DNA of 32,000 bases from the NCBI RefSeq assembly GCF_000015025.1, contig NC_008578.1, positions 840,001 through 872,000 on the forward strand. The letters are read 5' to 3'. The notes beneath the pieces are model-generated. The model searched no databases and was not told the DNA's origin. It worked only from the letters and a program-made list of their open reading frames with translations. Positions within the stretch are counted from its first letter, which is position 1; every line of letters starts with the position of its first letter. This DNA comes from Acidothermus cellulolyticus 11B (GTDB lineage: Bacteria; Actinomycetota; Actinomycetes; Acidothermales; Acidothermaceae). This document shows positions 28,061 through 32,000 of the stretch, one piece after another. The position numbers and the translations under genes were made by a program.

Positions 28061-28082
28061 CGGACGCTGGAGCCGGCGTCCG
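28061..28082 (-). terminator. GC-rich hairpin 13 nt downstream of the minus-strand GerMN gene stop (7-bp stem CGGACGC/GCGTCCG)
   Basis: CGGACGC at 28061-28067, loop TGGAGCCG, GCGTCCG at 28076-28082. It shares the GGAGCCGGCGTCCG core with the hairpin at 28023-28043. Confidence 0.3.
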
Positions 28083-28095
28083 ACCGACTGGGACG

Positions 28096-29226
28096 CTAGG
28101 ACCCCGACGCGGTCGGTGATCCCGCGACGACGGTGATGGTCTTGTCGTCCAGGTAGGTGATCGATCCGTCCTTCGCGGACAGTTCGTAGGCGCGGATCGT
28201 GTACGTCCCGGGTTGGAGTGTCACGGACGCCGACCAGTCGCCCTGGGCCGGCGCACCGACCGTCTGGGCGTGGCCGGAGGCGACAGTCTGGCCGTCCTGC
28301 TGGACGTCGAAATTCACTACACCCTCAAAGACGATCGCCTTGCCGCTGATCGTGACCGTCGCGGGACCGGTTCCCGTGGTCGTGATGACCTGACCCTGGG
28401 TCGGCGAGGTGATCCAGACATGGGAGAAAACCTCCCACGGCTGGGCAAGCGCGATCGGCTCAGTGATCGGCGACGCCCAGAGGCTGGTGATGTCGTGCCC
28501 GTTGATCCGCAGTTCCATCGCGGTGACCTGCGGGGCTGCGCCATGGATCGTGTACAGCAGCTGCTGGACACTGATGGCCCCGAGTCCCGCCGGGGGGGCC
28601 GGAGTGGACGGCACGGCCGACGGCGGCGCACTGGTCGGCGCCTGGGGCATGGTCAGGTCGACCACCACGGTCGAGTTGTGCAGTGTGACGCCGGCGAGTT
28701 CCGTGCCCGCCGGCCAATAGCTCGTGTAATCCGGGTCGTTCGGCGGCGTAGTTAGCAGGGCGCGGATTGCGTCGGCGATCACGGCCTTCTCCGGGGGCAC
28801 CGGCCGGCTGACCACCTCCGGGAAGAGGAGCTGGTACGGATCGGCACGCCTGCCGACGTAGTAGAGCGTCAACTGGTATGTCGGTCCGACGGTTGGTGTG
28901 GGAGTCGGACTCATCGGAGCGGTGGAGCTCGGGATGGCCGACGGTGTCGGCGTCGTCGAGGGTGTCGTGGCAAGCGGTTGGCGGCCGCCACCATGGTGGG
29001 CGACGAGTACGGCGACGGCGACGACAGCGGCCGTGGCCAGTGCCGCGCCGGCCATCGCCAGCGGACGCCCGAAGCTGCGGCGCGCCGTGGCCGCTGTGCG
29101 GGCCCGAATCCGATCGAGCGCGTCGGCGGACGGCGTCACCGCGGCGGCCTCCTGTGCAAGCACCTCCCGGAGCCGGCGACCGGTCTCCGCCGTCCAGTCG
29201 TTCTCCTCGCGCCGGAACCTGCTCAT
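28096..29226 (-). CDS. membrane protein with GerMN and Gmad2 (Ig-like) extracytoplasmic domains; probable anti-sigma partner
   Basis: ATG 29226 overlaps the sigma gene stop (ATGA). It has a short cytoplasmic N-terminus without a HxxxCxxC zinc motif, one TM segment (LAMAGAALATAAVVAVAVLVA) and a Pro/Thr/Ser linker. A GerMN-like segment follows (LTLYYVGRRADPYQLLFPEVV...ADAIRALLTTPPNDPDYTSYWPAGTEL). The C-terminus is Gmad2-like (WITSPTQGQVI...ISGKAIVFEGVVNFDVQQDGQTV...GTYTIRAYELSAKDGS). Confidence 0.75.
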   Translation of the reverse strand: MSRFRREENDWTAETGRRLREVLAQEAAAVTPSADALDRIRARTAATARRSFGRPLAMAGAALATAAVVAVAVLVAHHGGGRQPLATTPSTTPTPSAIPSSTAPMSPTPTPTVGPTYQLTLYYVGRRADPYQLLFPEVVSRPVPPEKAVIADAIRALLTTPPNDPDYTSYWPAGTELAGVTLHNSTVVVDLTMPQAPTSAPPSAVPSTPAPPAGLGAISVQQLLYTIHGAAPQVTAMELRINGHDITSLWASPITEPIALAQPWEVFSHVWITSPTQGQVITTTGTGPATVTISGKAIVFEGVVNFDVQQDGQTVASGHAQTVGAPAQGDWSASVTLQPGTYTIRAYELSAKDGSITYLDDKTITVVAGSPTASGS

Positions 29227-29762
29227 TGCGGTGTCTCCCAGTTCGTCGATGAGGGGTATGCGGCGAGCCGGCCCCGGAGCGCGGCCAGTCCGCGGAACGT
29301 GTGGCTCTTGACGGCGCCTCGGCTGATGCCCAGCGTCCGGGCGATCTCTTGCTCGGAGAGGTCGGCGTAGTAGCGCAGGATCAAGGTTTCCCGCTGGCGG
29401 CGCGGCAGCGCCCGCAGGGCGGCGAGCACCTCTGCCCGATATGCCGCGGCCAGGGCTTCGTGCTCGGCGCTCGGATGGTCCGGCTGCGGTTCCAACCGGT
29501 GGCGGGCAACGACCCCGGAGTGACGCAGTGCTGATCGGCAGCTGTTGACCACCGATTGCCGGAGATAGCCGACTGCCTTGTCGGGATCACGCAGCCGCCG
29601 CCAGTGGGTGTGCATGGCCACGAAGGCGTCCTGCACGATTTCCTCGCCCTCCCAGGCATTCCCCACCAGGAGCGCGGCGAGCCGAACCAGCGAGGCGTAG
29701 TGCGCTCGGTACAACGCGACGACCGCTTGGTCGGCGTCGATCGGTTCGGCGGACGTGGTCAC
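29223..29762 (-). CDS. ECF-type RNA polymerase sigma-70 family factor
   Basis: GTG 29762 lies 4 nt after AAGGAG; the track ORF extends to 29963 and ATG 29798 is an alternative. Sigma region 2 is present (LYRAHYASLVRLAALLVGNAWEGEEIVQDAFVAM). Region 4 HTH is present (LPRRQRETLILRYYADLSEQEIARTLGISRGAVKSHTFRGL). Length is about 179 aa. Confidence 0.85.
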   Translation of the reverse strand: MTTSAEPIDADQAVVALYRAHYASLVRLAALLVGNAWEGEEIVQDAFVAMHTHWRRLRDPDKAVGYLRQSVVNSCRSALRHSGVVARHRLEPQPDHPSAEHEALAAAYRAEVLAALRALPRRQRETLILRYYADLSEQEIARTLGISRGAVKSHTFRGLAALRGRLAAYPSSTNWETPQ

Positions 29763-30042
29763 GGCGCTCCTTGAACCGATCGCGACGGCTTTTGTCATGC
29801 CGTATCGACGCGAACCCCGCTCGTCGGGTTTACCGGACCCAGCCCGGGGCGGCCGGGGTCGGAGCGACCCCGCGACTGCGGCCGGGCCTATACCGGCGCG
29901 GGCCGTTCCGACTCCACCGAGCGGCTTTCGCGGTCGTCGGCGTTCCGGTCGGTAGCCTGTCAAAGTGCGGAAGCGTCGGTGTCAGCGGGTGGACGGCGCG
30001 GGACCACCCCCGCTGTGAGCACCGACCGTGGGGAGGAACGGC

Positions 30043-30384
30043 ATGTCGGACTGTCTTTTCTGCCGCATCGTCGCGGGTGACGTGCCCGCAACCATCGTGC
30101 GCGACTCGGCGCGAACCCTCGCGTTCCGCGACATTGCACCGCAGGCGCCGACGCACGTCTTGGTCATCCCCAAGGAGCACTACGACGACCTGCCTGCACT
30201 GACCGCCACGGATCTCGATCTGGCCGCCCAGCTGCTCCACGACGCTCACCGGGTGGCGGCGGCCGAAGGGCTCGTCGAAACCGGCTACCGGCTTGTCATC
30301 AACACCGGCCGGGACGCCGGTCAGACCGTGCCGCACGTCCACGTCCACGTTCTTGGTGGGCGGGCGCTCGGCCGGCTCGGTTAG
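30043..30384 (+). CDS. HIT family (histidine triad) nucleotide hydrolase
   Basis: ATG 30043 lies 6 nt after GGGAGGA. The N-terminus is MSDCLFCRIVAGDVPA and the histidine triad is HVHVHVLGG. Confidence 0.9.
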   Translation: MSDCLFCRIVAGDVPATIVRDSARTLAFRDIAPQAPTHVLVIPKEHYDDLPALTATDLDLAAQLLHDAHRVAAAEGLVETGYRLVINTGRDAGQTVPHVHVHVLGGRALGRLG

Positions 30385-30483
30385 CATGAACGGGCGGTAG
30401 TCCTTCAACTGTCGCGACGACGTGCCGGCGAGGCGGTTGACGAGACGTAGAAAGCGAGGCGTGAGCAGGCCGCAGGCCGATCT

Positions 30484-31485
30484 ATGCGAGGCGAATCTTC
30501 TGCGACGGCGCGAAACTCCGACGTCCAGCAGACCCGGATCGTGGTCCCCGGCGCGCATCCGATGGTGAGCCTGCTCGGTGCCCGTGACGAGCTTCTGCAC
30601 ATCATCGAGCGCGCGTTCTCCAGCGACATTCACGTCCGCGGCAACGAGATTACGATTACCGGCGACCCGGAAGAGAACGCCGCGGTCGTCCGGCTCTTTG
30701 AGGAGCTCATTGCCTTGTTGGCGAACGGCGCCGTGCTGACGACAGACGACGTTGAGCGCAGTGTCGCCATGCTGCGGTCGGCGACACCGGAGCGTCCCGT
30801 CGAGGTCCTGACCCACGACATCCTGTCCGCGCGGGGTCGGACGATCCGGCCGAAATCGGTGAACCAGAAGCGTTACGTGGACGCCATCGACCGGCATACG
30901 GTGGTCTTTGCCATCGGACCGGCCGGAACCGGCAAAACGTACCTTGCGGTGGCGAAAGCGGTTCAAGCGCTGCAAGCCAAGAAGGTCAACCGGATCATTC
31001 TGACCCGGCCGGCGGTCGAAGCCGGCGAGCGGCTTGGATTCCTGCCCGGCACGCTGTTCGAGAAAATCGACCCGTATCTGCGGCCGTTGTACGACGCCCT
31101 GCACGACATGGTCGAGCCGGAATCCATTCCGCGTCTCATGCAGAACGGCACGATCGAGGTCGCGCCGCTGGCGTACATGCGCGGGCGCACCCTCAATGAC
31201 GCGTTCATCATTCTCGACGAGGCGCAGAACACCACGCCCGAGCAGATGAAGATGTTCCTGACCCGGCTCGGTTTCGGGTCGAAGATGGTGGTGACCGGCG
31301 ACATCACCCAGGTCGATTTGCCGCCGAATACGCGCAGCGGCTTGCGGGTCGTCCGGGAGATTCTCGCCGGCATTCCCGACGTGTATTTCGCCACTCTGGC
31401 AAGCGGCGACGTCGTCCGGCACAAACTCGTCAGCACGATTATCGATGCCTACGAACGGTACGACGCCGGCCGGGAATCCCCGTGA
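30484..31485 (+). CDS. phoH: PhoH-like ATPase
   Basis: Walker A GPAGTGKTYLAVA, Walker B FIILDEAQN, and the PhoH core (RPKSVNQKRYVDAI). Conserved position upstream of ybeY. Confidence 0.9.
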   Translation: MRGESSATARNSDVQQTRIVVPGAHPMVSLLGARDELLHIIERAFSSDIHVRGNEITITGDPEENAAVVRLFEELIALLANGAVLTTDDVERSVAMLRSATPERPVEVLTHDILSARGRTIRPKSVNQKRYVDAIDRHTVVFAIGPAGTGKTYLAVAKAVQALQAKKVNRIILTRPAVEAGERLGFLPGTLFEKIDPYLRPLYDALHDMVEPESIPRLMQNGTIEVAPLAYMRGRTLNDAFIILDEAQNTTPEQMKMFLTRLGFGSKMVVTGDITQVDLPPNTRSGLRVVREILAGIPDVYFATLASGDVVRHKLVSTIIDAYERYDAGRESP

Positions 31486-31499
31486 GGGTGTGACCGCAC

Positions 31500-31994
31500 G
31501 TGACTGTCGAAATCGCCAACGAATCGGGGGTGGACGTCGACGAGCTGCGGCTGCTCGACCTCGCCCGGTACGTCCTTGACCGGATGCGGATTCATCCGCT
31601 CGCGGAGCTGTCGATTCTCTTGGTCGACGAAGGGGAGATGGCTGTCCTGCATGAGCGGTGGATGGATGAACCCGGTCCCACCGATGTGCTGAGTTTTCCG
31701 ATGGACGAACTCCGTCCCGGGCGGCTGGATGTGGAGATCGATCCCGATGCTGAACCGGCGGTGCTCGGGGACGTGGTGCTCTGCCCCGCGGTTGCGAAGC
31801 AGCAGGCCCGTCACGCCGGCCACTCGACCCAGGATGAACTGGAACTCCTTACCGTGCACGGAATTCTGCACCTGCTGGGGTATGACCACGCGGAGGAGGA
31901 TGCGGAGCGCGAGATGTTCGCGTTGCAGAGTGAATTGCTCACGGCATGGCGGGCCGATCGGAGAATCGCCGGCCGGCCCGGCCGCAAACGGTAG
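31500..31994 (+). CDS. ybeY: rRNA maturation endoribonuclease YbeY
   Basis: Zinc-binding motif [11 protein letters not shown], 164 aa, GTG 31500. Confidence 0.9.
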   Translation: MTVEIANESGVDVDELRLLDLARYVLDRMRIHPLAELSILLVDEGEMAVLHERWMDEPGPTDVLSFPMDELRPGRLDVEIDPDAEPAVLGDVVLCPAVAKQQARHAGHSTQDELELLTVHGILHLLGYDHAEEDAEREMFALQSELLTAWRADRRIAGRPGRKR

Positions 31995-32000
31995 GCGGTC

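Noticed and set aside
29763-30042. An autoregulated ECF promoter (GGAAC -35 type) upstream of the sigma gene. Two CGTTCC (GGAACG on the minus strand) occurrences lie at about 29905 and 29941.
   Set aside because: Neither has a convincing -10 (CGT/GTT-type) at 16-17 bp spacing when read on the minus strand. The pentamer alone is too common to call.

Overview
This is a high-GC actinobacterial chromosome segment (about 70% G+C by hand count of typical lines). It is almost entirely conserved housekeeping synteny. In order, the genes are proA (3' end), nadD, an LCP/LytR_C membrane protein, rsfS, tRNA-Ala(GGC), uppP, a membrane-anchored esterase, a NiCoT nickel/cobalt permease, fbiC (F420 FO synthase), leuS-degV, comEA-comEC-holA, rpsT, lepA, a MOSC protein, hemW, hrcA-dnaJ-rsmE, an ECF sigma factor with a GerMN/Gmad2 membrane partner, a HIT protein, phoH and ybeY. 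I see no multi-gene defence, mobile or biosynthetic system, no CRISPR array, and no integrase or transposase. Several things are left unexplained by ordinary annotation. (1) A low-GC islet abuts tRNA-Ala and carries a good promoter, a perfect AGGAGG and a 43-codon signal-peptide micro-ORF not in the ORF track, flanked by two sets of phased direct repeats. (2) A perfect TTGCAA-N5-TTGCAA palindrome pair (Nur-box-like) overlaps the predicted promoter of the nickel permease. (3) Nearly every intergenic spacer carries its own locus-specific tandem duplication. Examples are a perfect 24-bp x3.6 array of alternating 8-bp palindromes between rpsT and lepA, and a 36-bp in-frame duplication of the rsmE C-terminus including its stop codon. 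(4) Ribosomal protein bS20 has a Thr/Arg/Ala-rich C-terminal tail of about 63 aa. (5) A handful of uncharacterised ORFs are embedded in the conserved synteny. Several start codons were moved from the longest ORF to internal starts on the basis of RBS spacing and N-terminal family motifs. All family calls rest on motifs read by eye, not on database searches.
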